A stretch of 64,000 nucleotides of DNA from Candidatus Eiseniibacteriota bacterium (GCA_025351485.1 JANXVU010000147.1:6067-70066); one strand, 5' to 3'. Counted from the stretch's first letter, positions 27,266 to 36,774 are shown. The notes: generated from the letters alone by a model not told the origin. Program-made: numbers and translations.

Positions 27266-27762
27266 TGCAGATGTCCGCCAAGCTGACTCGCAACAGCAAA
27301 GTCATGATCGGGCTGCTCGCAGTGCTGCTGCTGTGGTCGCTCCACGAGCAGTCGCAGATGAAGGCGCGCAAGGCCGGACTGGCAGCCGCGCGCGCGGCAG
27401 CCCCGCCCGCCGCGCCGGTCGGGCCATCCGGGATCGCGCCCGTGACGGAGGCCGCGCTGGCTTCGCTCCGGGTGGCGCCGTGGGGCCAGGATCCCTATTT
27501 CAAGAGCCAGGACGCTCCGGTTTCAGCCGGCCCGCTCCAGGCCACCCACCTTCAACGGCCGGGCCGGCCGACCGGCGCCGGGCTCAAGCTGAATGGAATC
27601 CTCTTCGCCGGCGCCAATTCCAGCGCTCAGATCTGCGACCGGGTCGCGGGCGTGGGTGAATCCGTGTACGGCTGGAAGATCGTAGATATCCGCCCGACGA
27701 CGGTCACACTCGTCCATCGCGGCGTCACCATCAAACTCCAACTCCACGAGGACGAGCCATGA
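27265..27762 (+). CDS. pilP: PilP-like type IV pilus assembly protein
   Basis: GGGAGGA RBS; ATG overlaps the pilO stop (TGATG). N-terminal TM/signal, Pro/Ala linker, and a C-terminal beta-sandwich LKLNGILFAGANSSAQICDRVAGVGESVYGWKIVDIRPTTVTLVHRGVTIKLQL. Confidence 0.6.
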   Translation: MQMSAKLTRNSKVMIGLLAVLLLWSLHEQSQMKARKAGLAAARAAAPPAAPVGPSGIAPVTEAALASLRVAPWGQDPYFKSQDAPVSAGPLQATHLQRPGRPTGAGLKLNGILFAGANSSAQICDRVAGVGESVYGWKIVDIRPTTVTLVHRGVTIKLQLHEDEP

Positions 27763-29069
27763 ACGTGCGCATCACCACCGGCCTTTGCGCCGCGGCGCTG
27801 GTGCTCACCCTGAGCCTGGCCACCGCCGACGAGCCGCGCTTTTCCATGGACTACCGGAACGCGCGCCTGGAGGACGTCCTGCGCGCCCTGGCCGCCCAGG
27901 CCAACATCGGCCTGGTGACGCCGGGAACGTTGACCGGAAGCGTGACCTTGAAGCTCAAGGACGTGACGTTCGACGAGGCCCTGCGCCACGTCTCGGACGC
28001 CACCGGAGTGCACTGCGCCCGGAGCGGCAGCGTGCTCACCGTGAACCCCCAGGGCGTCAGCACCCGCACCTACAACATTCGCTACGTGAGCGCGTCCGCC
28101 GTGAGGGACGCCATTTCCAAGGTGCTCAGCGCCCAGGGCACCGCCGACGTGTTCAACGGGTCGGTCAAGGACGACATCGGCAAGACCGGCGAACTGGTGG
28201 CCTCGAACACCCTGGTGGTACGCGACAACGACGCCAAGCTGGACGAGGTCGCGGCGCTGGTGGCCTCGCTCGACAAACGCCCCCGCCAAATCGAGATCGA
28301 CGCCAAGCTGGTGGAGGTCTCGCTCAACAACGACGACAAGATGGGCATCGAATGGCAGCTGGCCGCGCACATTTCGGGCGCCACCATGCCGACCACGTTC
28401 CCCTTCGACAAGAACGCCACCGGCGGCGACTACAGCCCGACCGGCAACACCACCGGCGGGACCACCGGGGGCGCGCCCTTCCCCAAGGGGCAGGTGTTCC
28501 CCTACGCCTCGCCGGGCGACTTTACGTTCGGAAAGCTGTCGGCCTCCGAGTTCAGCGTGGCGCTGGCGTTCCTGTCCTCGCACAACAAGACCAACCTGGT
28601 GTCCAACCCCAGGATCTCCACGCTGGAAAACAAGCCGGCCGAGATCCTGGTGGGCACGGTGGTGCCGATCGCCATCTACCAGTACTCGCAGCTGGGCGGC
28701 AATCTTCAACTCTCGGGCTACGAGGAAAAGCGGATCGGCGTGAAGCTCGCGGTGAATCCCCGGGTCACCGAGGACGGGCGCATCCTGATGTCGGTGCACC
28801 CGGAGATCAGCGAGATCGTGGAGTACCGCGGCCAGTTCAACGAGCGCCCAGTCACCAGCAACCGCGAGGCCAGCACCGAGGTCATGATCAAGGACGGCGA
28901 GACCCTGGTGATCGGCGGCCTGGTGCGGGAGACGTCCGTGGAGACCGTCAAGAAGGTCCCGTTCCTGGGGGACATCCCGTTCCTGGGCGCCCTGTTCACC
29001 AGCAAGCACACCGCCAAGGAAAAAGTGGAGTTGATGGTGTTCGTGACGCCGCACCTGCTGCCGGAATAG
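27759..29069 (+). CDS. pilQ: type IV pilus secretin (PilQ/GspD family, short form)
   Basis: Signal peptide, N0/N1 domains, and a secretin C-domain ...NKPAEILVGTVVPI...VMIKDGETLVIGGLVRETSVETVKKVPFLGDIPFLGALF... The start overlaps the pilP stop. Confidence 0.85.
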   Translation: MNVRITTGLCAAALVLTLSLATADEPRFSMDYRNARLEDVLRALAAQANIGLVTPGTLTGSVTLKLKDVTFDEALRHVSDATGVHCARSGSVLTVNPQGVSTRTYNIRYVSASAVRDAISKVLSAQGTADVFNGSVKDDIGKTGELVASNTLVVRDNDAKLDEVAALVASLDKRPRQIEIDAKLVEVSLNNDDKMGIEWQLAAHISGATMPTTFPFDKNATGGDYSPTGNTTGGTTGGAPFPKGQVFPYASPGDFTFGKLSASEFSVALAFLSSHNKTNLVSNPRISTLENKPAEILVGTVVPIAIYQYSQLGGNLQLSGYEEKRIGVKLAVNPRVTEDGRILMSVHPEISEIVEYRGQFNERPVTSNREASTEVMIKDGETLVIGGLVRETSVETVKKVPFLGDIPFLGALFTSKHTAKEKVELMVFVTPHLLPE

Positions 29070-29171
29070 AGGCGGCCGGGGTCAGTCAGAAGGGTAAAGT
29101 CGCGCCGCCCGGCGGCCGATATTCCCATTCAGACACATTCGAATTGCCTTCGCACCGCAAAGGAGTCGTCG

Positions 29172-29579
29172 ATGGAGGTCAAAGCCAAGGCCCGGATCCT
29201 GGTCGTGGATGACGAGGAAGACCTGGGACGGATTCTCAAGTTCGCGCTCATGGCCGCGGGGCACGAAGTGCTCCTGGCAATGGACGGCGCGGAAGGACTG
29301 AAGCTGGCCCGCGAAGGCGGCCCGGACCTCATCCTGCTGGACCTGATGCTGCCCAAGATCGACGGCTACAAGGTGTGTCGGATGCTGAAATTCGACGAGC
29401 GCTACAAGAGCATCCCCATCGTGATCCTGAGCGCGCGCACCCAGGAGGCGGACAAGGAAATGGCCCGCGACACCGGCGCCGACCTGTTCATCACCAAGCC
29501 GTACAACCTGGAAGAAATTCTCCGGACGATCGACCGGCTGCTTTTGACCTCGCCGAGCTATCTCCAGAAGGCCAGCTAG
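29172..29579 (+). CDS. single-domain response regulator (CheY-like receiver)
   Basis: ARILVVDDEEDLGRIL...DLILLDLMLPKIDGY...IPIVILSAR...DLFITKPY - complete receiver consensus (DD, D, T/S, K) with no output domain. Confidence 0.9.
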   Translation: MEVKAKARILVVDDEEDLGRILKFALMAAGHEVLLAMDGAEGLKLAREGGPDLILLDLMLPKIDGYKVCRMLKFDERYKSIPIVILSARTQEADKEMARDTGADLFITKPYNLEEILRTIDRLLLTSPSYLQKAS

Positions 29580-29614
29580 TCCCGGTCTCCGGCAGTTCCT
29601 GAAAGCCCCTTGCA

Positions 29615-29648
29615 CGGCGGCCCGTCCCACGGCGGGCCGTTTTGCTTG
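29615..29648 (+). terminator. intrinsic terminator after the receiver gene
   Basis: Stem cggcccg / cgggccg (29618-29624 / 29633-29639), 8-nt loop, then ttttgcttg. Confidence 0.55.
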
Positions 29649-29711
29649 ACTCCCGCCGCGCCGGCATTACACTCCGCGAAGAGACCCAACCCCCAACGCG
29701 GAGGCCCTGCC

Positions 29712-30080
29712 ATGCTGTCGGTTCTAGCCCGCTGGATCGCGATGACGCTCGCCGTCCTGATCACCGCCTACATTTTCAAGGGATCGATCACCGTCCAGAA
29801 CCCCCAGACGGCGTTCCTGGTGGCGGTGGTGCTGAGCCTGCTCAACGTATTCCTGCGCCCGATCCTGATCCTGCTCACCCTGCCCTTCAATCTGATCACG
29901 CTGGGATTGTTTACCCTGGTCATCAACGCGTTCCTGCTGTGGCTGACGTCCCAGCTCCTGCACGGGGCGTTCTCCGTGAGCGGGATCGTGCCGGCCCTGC
30001 TGGGTTCGATCACCATCTCGATCCTGAGCGGGCTCATCAACTGGATGATCAAGCCCAAGAAGCAAGAGGATGCCCGCTAG
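29712..30080 (+). CDS. small 4-TM membrane protein of the phage-holin-4 (Phage_holin_4_2) family
   Basis: MLSVLARWIAMTLAVLITAYIF...LSLLNVFLRPILILLTLPFNLITLGLFTLVINAFLLWLTSQLL... The first 34 codons of the listed ORF are not conserved-looking. Confidence 0.6.
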   Translation: MLSVLARWIAMTLAVLITAYIFKGSITVQNPQTAFLVAVVLSLLNVFLRPILILLTLPFNLITLGLFTLVINAFLLWLTSQLLHGAFSVSGIVPALLGSITISILSGLINWMIKPKKQEDAR

Positions 30081-30648
30081 GGCCGGGATGTTCACCGCGG
30101 CCGCCCGGCGCCTGTTGCAGGCGCTGGCGCTGACCACGGCCCTGTGGGCATCCCCCGCCCGGGCCGCGGACTTCGGGATCGGGCTCTTCGGCGGGGCCAG
30201 CCTGCCGGTGAACCAGGCGGACGAGGAGAACGGCAACATCTTTGGAGCGCGCTTTCCGGTGAGCCTGCTGGGGCTGGTCACCGTGGAGCCGTACTTCGCC
30301 ACTTCCAGGCAGAAGGACGTGATCCGGACGGTGGGCGGGATGCAGGTGCCGGACCCGGGCTGGGAGGGCTCGCTCTTCGGGGCCAACTTGATGCTGGGGT
30401 CGCCGCTCCGGGTGGGATTGATCTTCTTTCCGTATGCCGGGATCAACAGCGCCCGCCTGATTCGCGTGGGCGGGGAGCGGGTCAGCGGCACCGGAGTCGA
30501 CATCGGGGCAGGAGTGGGAATCGCCCCGAGCCGGCACATGTCGATGGTGTTGCGGGCGGAAGCGAATTCGATCGCCGCGGGCGGTTCCACCCGCCGGTTC
30601 GGATATCTTACGTTCGGCCTGAACTACCGGCTGGATCGGATCGACTGA
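30070..30648 (+). CDS. small outer-membrane beta-barrel protein
   Basis: Signal peptide ...ALWASPARA|AD, then alternating hydrophobic beta-strand pattern (FGIGLFGGASL, VSLLGLVTV, LIFFPYAGI, GAGVGIAP, YLTFGLNYRL). The start is ATG 30070, which overlaps the upstream gene by 11 nt, or ATG 30088. Confidence 0.5.
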   Translation: MPARAGMFTAAARRLLQALALTTALWASPARAADFGIGLFGGASLPVNQADEENGNIFGARFPVSLLGLVTVEPYFATSRQKDVIRTVGGMQVPDPGWEGSLFGANLMLGSPLRVGLIFFPYAGINSARLIRVGGERVSGTGVDIGAGVGIAPSRHMSMVLRAEANSIAAGGSTRRFGYLTFGLNYRLDRID

Positions 30649-30654
30649 TCGGGC

Positions 30655-31926
30655 CTAGCCGGCTTTCGGACCGCCGTGCAGGTCGGGGCGCCGGTGGTTC
30701 CACAGCACCGGCGTTCGCGCGGCGATCCACATCGTGGCCAGCACGCACCCGATTCCCCCGCTGATCACCGAGAAGGGCGCGCCCAGCGTGCCCGCGACCA
30801 GCCCCGCCTCCATCTCCCCCAGCTGCGGTCCGCCCATGAAGAACACCATGTTCACGCTGGTCATCCGGCCGCGCATTTCATCGGGCGTGGAGAGCTGTCG
30901 CACCACGTTGCGCAGGGTCATGCTGACGGTGTCGGTCACCCCGGTGAGCGCAAGGCAAGCGAAGGTCAGCCAGAAGCTCCTGGAAAATCCGAACAGCACG
31001 GTGGCCAGCCCGAACCCCGCCGCGGCCAGGATCATCACCCGGCCCCGCCATTGGATCCGGTCCACGAAGCGGACCATCAAGAAACTGGTAAACAAAGCGC
31101 CGATCGACGGGGCCGCGTAGAGCCAGCCGTAGCCGCTGGCGCCCACCTTCAGGATGTCCTGGGCAAAGATCGGCAGCAGCGCCGTGGCGGACGCAAAGAA
31201 GGTCGCGAAGAAATCCAGCAGCATGGCCGACCGGATGAGCGGCCGCGAGAACACGAAGCGCAGGCCCTCCAGCCCGGCGCCCAGGCTCACGTCGCTGCGG
31301 GTTCCCGCCGCCGGCTTGGGCACCGAGCGCATGGCGATCAGCGCCCCGATCACCGCCAGGAACGACGCCGCGTTGAACGCGTACACCGCTCCCACCCCGC
31401 TCGTGGCGATGAAGATGCCGGCCAGCGAAGGGCCCAGCACCGAGGCCGCCTGGAACATGGCGCTGGAAAGGGTGATGGCGTTGGGCAGGTCCTCCACCGG
31501 AACCAGGGATGGCATCAAGGAAGCGCGGGCGGGAATGTCGAACGCGGTGGCCCCGGCGCTCACCGCGGCCAGGATGTAGATCGGCCACACGTCGTGCAGC
31601 CCGCGGAAGGTCAGGAAGGCCAGCACGCCCGCGGACAGGGCCATCACCGTCTGGGTGCCGAGCATCACGGTGCGGCGGTCGCGCGCGTCGGCGACCACGC
31701 CGCCGAGGATGGAAAATCCCAGGATCGGAAGGAGTCGCACGAATCCAACCGCGCCCAGGGCAAAGCCCTTCTGCGCGGGCGGCACCAGCAGCGAGACGTG
31801 CCACAGCTGTGCGGCCATCTGCATCATGCTGCCGGTCATGGAGACGAGTTGGCCGAGCCACAGGAGCCGGAAGTTGCGATGCCGGAGGGCGCGGAAGGGC
31901 GAAGTCGAGGGGCTCACGGAGGGCAT
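30655..31926 (-). CDS. MFS transporter (EntS/YbdA-like exporter family)
   Basis: 12 predicted TM segments, FRLLWLGQLVSMTGSMMQ..., MFS motif A-like VVADARDRRTVML. Confidence 0.85.
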   Translation of the reverse strand: MPSVSPSTSPFRALRHRNFRLLWLGQLVSMTGSMMQMAAQLWHVSLLVPPAQKGFALGAVGFVRLLPILGFSILGGVVADARDRRTVMLGTQTVMALSAGVLAFLTFRGLHDVWPIYILAAVSAGATAFDIPARASLMPSLVPVEDLPNAITLSSAMFQAASVLGPSLAGIFIATSGVGAVYAFNAASFLAVIGALIAMRSVPKPAAGTRSDVSLGAGLEGLRFVFSRPLIRSAMLLDFFATFFASATALLPIFAQDILKVGASGYGWLYAAPSIGALFTSFLMVRFVDRIQWRGRVMILAAAGFGLATVLFGFSRSFWLTFACLALTGVTDTVSMTLRNVVRQLSTPDEMRGRMTSVNMVFFMGGPQLGEMEAGLVAGTLGAPFSVISGGIGCVLATMWIAARTPVLWNHRRPDLHGGPKAG

Positions 31927-31965
31927 TCTAGGACATCGCGGGGAGGGGCGCCAGAACGACGCCCC

Positions 31966-33285
31966 TCAGCCGGCGAGCTTCTGCAGCGTGGCTTTCAGCC
32001 GCGGCAGAAGCGCATCGATCTGTGCCGGGGAAACCGCGCCGACGGAAAGGCGGAACCAGCCGGTCTCGTCCATCAGCCCGAAAGCCTGGAACGGCACCAC
32101 GGCCATGCCCGCGTCCTCCAGGAGATGGCGGCGGATGTCCTCATTGGTCCCGAGCGTCTGCCCGGCGGGGGTGCGCCGGCCGATCAGGTTGAACCGCGCG
32201 CTCAGGTAGATCGCGCCCATGGGCGCGATGGACTCCACCGGGAATCCTTCCGCCTGGAGGATGGCGATCCCCGCGTGCAGCGCGTCCAGCCGGGCCTTCA
32301 GGCCACTCTTGAAATCCTTGTGATAGGCGACGATTTCGTCCGTCGCCTGCAGCAGCGCCGCCGTGGCGAGTTGCTCCGCCTTGGGCGCCCACGCGCCCAC
32401 GTGGCCCAGGTGGTTGCTCATGCGGTCCACGATGTCTTCGGGGCCCAGCGTCCAGCCCACGCGCACGCCGGTCGCGGCGAATGCCTTGGAGATGCCGTCC
32501 ACGAAGATGGTGTAGGGCGCCATGTCCGGGCGCAGGCTCACCGGGTTGCAGTGCTGCGCGGCCCCGAACGTGAGCATCCAGTAAACCTGGTCGTACAGAA
32601 CGCAAAGCGGGCGGCCGGCGCGTTCCGGGCGGGCGTTCTCCTCGAGCACCGCGTCGCAGATATCCCCGAGCGCCCGCTCGGAAAAGACCGTGCCGGAGGG
32701 ATTCAGCGGCGAATTGAGCGACAGCAGCCGGGCGCCCCGCAGGTGCGGGCGCAGCAGGGCAGCCGTCGGCAGGAACGCGTCCGCGCTTCCGCACACCACC
32801 TTCACCCCTTCGACTCCCGAGAGATGGCAGTAGTGGTTGTTGTTCCAGCTCGGAACCGGGTAGACCACCTTGTCGCCCGGATCGCACACCGCGCGGTACG
32901 CTCCGTAGATGATGGGCCTCGATCCGCCCGCGACCAGCACCGAGCCCACCGGGTACTTGAGTCCCAGCCAGCGCTCGTAGAAGGCCACCACCGCGTCCCG
33001 CAGCTGGGGCACGCCGTTGGACGGCGGATAGTTGGTCTCGCCCTTGCGCAAGAGCTCGGCGATCTTGTCCTCGAGCAGGCGCGGGATCCGGAACTCGGTG
33101 GAGCTGAAATCGCCCACGGTCAGGTTGCACACGTCCTTGCCGGCGGCCACGATGGCGCGCACTTCCGCGGCGATCTTGAGCACTTCGGAGCCCAGCAGGC
33201 CCCGGGCCATGCCGGAGATCCGGCCCGCGTCCTCGGTCTTCGGAAATTTCACTTCGACGGGCGTCTGCAGGGTCCTGGGATTCAT
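31966..33285 (-). CDS. class I/II pyridoxal-phosphate-dependent aminotransferase (aspartate/aromatic type)
   Basis: ATG 33283-33285. ...NYPPSNGVPQLRDAVVAFY..., the PLP-lysine region SKAFAATGVRVGW, YDQVYWMLTF. Confidence 0.85.
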   Translation of the reverse strand: MNPRTLQTPVEVKFPKTEDAGRISGMARGLLGSEVLKIAAEVRAIVAAGKDVCNLTVGDFSSTEFRIPRLLEDKIAELLRKGETNYPPSNGVPQLRDAVVAFYERWLGLKYPVGSVLVAGGSRPIIYGAYRAVCDPGDKVVYPVPSWNNNHYCHLSGVEGVKVVCGSADAFLPTAALLRPHLRGARLLSLNSPLNPSGTVFSERALGDICDAVLEENARPERAGRPLCVLYDQVYWMLTFGAAQHCNPVSLRPDMAPYTIFVDGISKAFAATGVRVGWTLGPEDIVDRMSNHLGHVGAWAPKAEQLATAALLQATDEIVAYHKDFKSGLKARLDALHAGIAILQAEGFPVESIAPMGAIYLSARFNLIGRRTPAGQTLGTNEDIRRHLLEDAGMAVVPFQAFGLMDETGWFRLSVGAVSPAQIDALLPRLKATLQKLAG

Positions 33286-34595
33286 GATCGCGGCTCCGCT
33301 GTGAGCTGAGAGGTCTCCAACGCGGGCATGACCACGCCCGTCACTTCTCCAAATCCGATCCTGTACCCGGCGCCCTGGCACCAGCCCCGGATGGTCAGCC
33401 GGTCGCCGTCGCGCAGGAACGTGCGCTCTTCCCCGTTCGAGAGGCGGATCGGCTCCTTGCCGCCCCAGCACAGCTCGAGCATGGAACCCCGCGATTCGCG
33501 CGTAGGCCCGCTGATGGTGCCGGAGGCCACCAGGTCCCCGGGCCGGGTGTTGCAGCCGTTCACCGTGTGGTGCGCCAGTTGCTGGGCCATGTTCCAGTAG
33601 AGATACTTGAAGTTGGTGAGGGTGAGCCGCTCCTCGTTCCTGCCGCCCGCGGGCGCCAGCAAGGCCTCCAGCTGGATGTCAAAACCATGGGCGCCGGGCG
33701 TGTGCAGATATTCGAGAGGCTCGGGATCCTGGATCGGGCCGGCGCACCGGAAAGGCTCGAGCGCATCCAGCGTCACCACCCACGGGGAAACCGACGTCGC
33801 GAAATTCTTTCCCAGGAACGGGCCCAGCGGCTGGTACTCCCACTTCTGGATGTCTCGCGCGCTCCAGTCGTTCACCAAGAGCAGCCCGAAGATGTGGTCT
33901 TCTGCCTCCGCCGCCGGGATCGGGCGGCCCAGCTCGTTGCCCGGGCCGGTCAGGAAACCGACCTCCAGCTCGAAATCCAGCAGGCGGCTGGCTCCAAACG
34001 AAGGCGCGGGCGCCGTGTCGGCCTTGGTCTGCCCGCACGGACGCCTCACCGGCGTGCCGCTCACCACCAGCGAGCTGGAGCGTCCGTGGTAGGCGATCGG
34101 CATGTGGAGCCAGTTGGGCATCAGGGCGTTGTCGGGCCCGCGGAACATCACCCCGACGTTGGTGGCATGCTCGCGCGAGGAATAGAAATCGGTGTAGTCC
34201 CCCACCTGGGCGGGCAGGCACATCTCCACGGAGGAGGCGGGAAGCAGCGCCCGCGCGCGCAGCGCCTGATTGTCCCGCAGGGCCTCCTCGGTGTCGCGCA
34301 GCAGCAGGCTGAGGGTCTGGCGCGCCTCCCGCCATGCTGGACGCCTGGCGGCGAGGAACGCGTTCAGCGACGGACCACGCAGAAGGTCCCGGCCGCGAAG
34401 CTCCGGGCCGTCGAACAGGCCGGCAGCCTCAATTTCTAACAGGTCCAGCACATGATCGCCGATGCGCGCCCCGATCCTGGGCGCCGGGGAATCGGCCCGA
34501 CGGAACACGCCGAACGGCAGGTTCTGGATGGGAAAGTCCGAGCCTTCGGGAACGGGGACAAAGCTCCTGAGAGAAGGATCGTTCGCCGCGATCAT
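33282..34595 (-). CDS. fumarylacetoacetase (FAH family)
   Basis: GGGAGGA RBS, ATG 34593-34595. MIAANDPSLRSFVPVPEGSDFPIQNLPFGVF...DYTDFYSSREHATNVG...HMPIAYHGRSSSLVVSGT...GLLLVNDWSARDIQKWEYQPLGPFLGKNFATS...RPGDLVASGTISGP - diagnostic FAH blocks. Confidence 0.85.
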   Translation of the reverse strand: MIAANDPSLRSFVPVPEGSDFPIQNLPFGVFRRADSPAPRIGARIGDHVLDLLEIEAAGLFDGPELRGRDLLRGPSLNAFLAARRPAWREARQTLSLLLRDTEEALRDNQALRARALLPASSVEMCLPAQVGDYTDFYSSREHATNVGVMFRGPDNALMPNWLHMPIAYHGRSSSLVVSGTPVRRPCGQTKADTAPAPSFGASRLLDFELEVGFLTGPGNELGRPIPAAEAEDHIFGLLLVNDWSARDIQKWEYQPLGPFLGKNFATSVSPWVVTLDALEPFRCAGPIQDPEPLEYLHTPGAHGFDIQLEALLAPAGGRNEERLTLTNFKYLYWNMAQQLAHHTVNGCNTRPGDLVASGTISGPTRESRGSMLELCWGGKEPIRLSNGEERTFLRDGDRLTIRGWCQGAGYRIGFGEVTGVVMPALETSQLTAEPRS

Positions 34596-35590
34596 TGGGA
34601 TCCTCCCGAGGCGGCGGCCGGCTCCAGCAGCTTGAGGGCGCGCAGGTCTTCCCGCGGCTCGTCGAAGCTGCACGAGCCGAAACTGGTGACCAGAGCGCGG
34701 GACGCCTCGATCTCCTGCGTCTTCGCCTCGAGCTTCTTCCAGGCGAAGGCATCTTCCGTGAACGTGAAGTGCGTCCCGTCCTCGTCGCCCAGGATCGCCA
34801 GCAACGCCTTTTCGTCCAGGCGCCGGGCGTGCGCCAGGACCGCTCCGCCGATCACGTTGAGGAAACCGTGCGTGGTGGCGCCCAGGCCCTTGTCGCGGCG
34901 CCGCACCGGGTGGTGCAGCCCGGCGGTGAACTTGAGCGGCACCCCGTTGTCGCGGCAGCACAGGATCACGTGGGCCACCACCGCGGGCTCGGGAAAGGCG
35001 TCGGCCTTGACCCCGCCGCAGCGAAGCTTGAATCCCTCGGGGGTCTTGCGATCCCGGCGGATCTCGGCAATTTCGCGGATGGCCGCTTCGAAGATCGCTG
35101 CCGGATTCCCCGCGGGGACGATTTCGTGGAATACGGGCAGGGCGGCAAAGCCGCCGTCCGCGAGCCGTTCGCGCGCGGCCGGGAGCAGCACCGCCACCGA
35201 TCCGGGCACGTCGCGCTCGTGGGCCAGCGCGCCGGGCAGCCGGGTCTCCAGCGCGTCGAGCGTGACCTCGCCCTCGTAGTAGTCCAGGAAGCTCCTCATG
35301 GATTCGACGTCGCTCTCCAGGCCGGAAAGGAATCCGGACGCGGACTCGCCGGCCCCGCTCAGGGCAGAGACGGCGAGCGGCGAGCTATCGTCAAGGAAAA
35401 CGGACGACGCGTCGGCGAGCTCCTGGAGCTTGCCCGCAGGGCACACGAAGCGCCCCAGCATCCAGGAGTCGGGATCGTCGCGGTAGGAAAAGTAGTTCCG
35501 GGCGGCCGGTTCCATCGCGAGCCCGGCCGGAGGAAACAGCCCGGCGTAGTCCACGAGAGCGCCCATGAAGGCCTTGAGGGATGTGGTCAT
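34592..35590 (-). CDS. hypothetical protein (332 aa) translationally coupled to fumarylacetoacetase
   Basis: ATG 35588-35590; the stop overlaps the FAH start (ATGA). MTTSLKAFMGALVDYAGLFPPAGLAMEPAARNYFSYRDDPDSW... I recognise no family. The upstream 55 codons of the listed ORF are an artefact. Confidence 0.5.
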   Translation of the reverse strand: MTTSLKAFMGALVDYAGLFPPAGLAMEPAARNYFSYRDDPDSWMLGRFVCPAGKLQELADASSVFLDDSSPLAVSALSGAGESASGFLSGLESDVESMRSFLDYYEGEVTLDALETRLPGALAHERDVPGSVAVLLPAARERLADGGFAALPVFHEIVPAGNPAAIFEAAIREIAEIRRDRKTPEGFKLRCGGVKADAFPEPAVVAHVILCCRDNGVPLKFTAGLHHPVRRRDKGLGATTHGFLNVIGGAVLAHARRLDEKALLAILGDEDGTHFTFTEDAFAWKKLEAKTQEIEASRALVTSFGSCSFDEPREDLRALKLLEPAAASGGSQ

Positions 35591-35753
35591 GATGAAGGCA
35601 TTGTAGCCGCCGGACCCGATCCCGGCCACAGGAAAGCTCTTCCTTCCGGGCGGCCCCGGCGGTTGCGCGGGCGCACCGGTTCGGCCATAATCCCGGACGG
35701 ATATCGTAGCTGAGCCAGGCCGCTCCTGAAGACTCCCGGAGACCGAAATCCCC

Positions 35754-36764
35754 ATGAATTCCCGCTGCGTGCTGCTCCTGACCTACGGCGAACCACCCAC
35801 ACCCGAATTTTTCTCCCAGCTGCAATATTCGTGGCGGATCCTGCTGGGATTGACGCGCTCCGTGGCCCCGATTCCCATGGCGGTGCTCCCGATCATCGCG
35901 CTCAAGCGCGGCTTCGCCCGCAACAAGATGTGGTCCGATGAAAAGTACGGATCGCCGCTGGAGAAGATCCACGACGCGCAGGTGCGCGCGGTGAAGCAGG
36001 CGCTGGAAAAGGCCGACCCGCGCACCCGGTGGGATGTGCGCGCGGCCTACGAGTTCCGGGACCCGCTGCTCCAGGACGTGGTGAATGGCGCGCCCGCGGG
36101 CATTCCGGTGGACGTGGTCCCGATGTACGCGGCCTGCTCGGCATTCACGCACGATCTTTCGCGCCAGCTCCTGGCATCCGATTCGAGCCTGGCCGCTTCC
36201 GGCCGGGCCGTGCACGTGCTGCCGCCGCTGCCCGAGGAGCGCCTTGCCGACATGATGATCGCCCACGTCAAATCGGAGCTCAAGAAGCGCGGCGTCACCA
36301 CCGGCAAAGACTGGGCGCTGCTCCTCTCCGCCCACGGCACGCTTCTCCAACCCCCGCGCCCCTACGAGACCGGCAGGCTGGCCACCGAGCGGTTGTGCGA
36401 GCGCATCCGGCGGGGCCTCCAGGGTGAGTTCGGAAAGGTCTGCAACGGCTGGCTTAACCATATTTACGGCGGAGAGTGGACCAAGCCCCCGGCCGACGAG
36501 GCGCTCAAGTGCCTGGCCGGGGAAGGCTATAAGAAAGTGGTGTATTTCCCGTACGGGTTCCTGGCGGACAACGCGGAGAGCGAGCTGGAAGGACGGCAGG
36601 TGCTGCGCACCCAGCCCCAAATGGAATCCGTCCATCTGGCTTGCCTGAACGAGAGCCCGGCGCTGGCGGAACTGATCGCGTGGCAAGTGGCGGGACGGAT
36701 ACCGCTGCGGGCCGCGAGCCGCGCCGGAGCGAAGGCGCGGGCCCCCGAAGCCGTGGGCGTGTAG
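35754..36764 (+). CDS. ferrochelatase-family protein (divergent)
   Basis: CVLLLTYGEPPTPEF (compare GxLLxNLGGPxT), LLLSAHGTLL (compare LLxSxHGxP), and C-terminal VVYFPYGFLADNAESELE (compare PGFxADCLETLEE). Confidence 0.5.
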   Translation: MNSRCVLLLTYGEPPTPEFFSQLQYSWRILLGLTRSVAPIPMAVLPIIALKRGFARNKMWSDEKYGSPLEKIHDAQVRAVKQALEKADPRTRWDVRAAYEFRDPLLQDVVNGAPAGIPVDVVPMYAACSAFTHDLSRQLLASDSSLAASGRAVHVLPPLPEERLADMMIAHVKSELKKRGVTTGKDWALLLSAHGTLLQPPRPYETGRLATERLCERIRRGLQGEFGKVCNGWLNHIYGGEWTKPPADEALKCLAGEGYKKVVYFPYGFLADNAESELEGRQVLRTQPQMESVHLACLNESPALAELIAWQVAGRIPLRAASRAGAKARAPEAVGV

Positions 36765-36774
36765 CGAAGCGGCT

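Noticed and set aside
24807-29212. Long antisense/alternate ORFs over pilMN-pilQ (24807..26480-, 25445..26458+, 26692..27264 part, 27627..29054-, 27785..29212+)
   Set aside because: GC-rich artefacts. Only the PilP-coding C-terminal part of 26692..27762 is real.
30676-33309. 877-aa plus-strand ORF
   Set aside because: Antisense to the MFS and aminotransferase genes. His/Arg/Gly-rich with no motifs.
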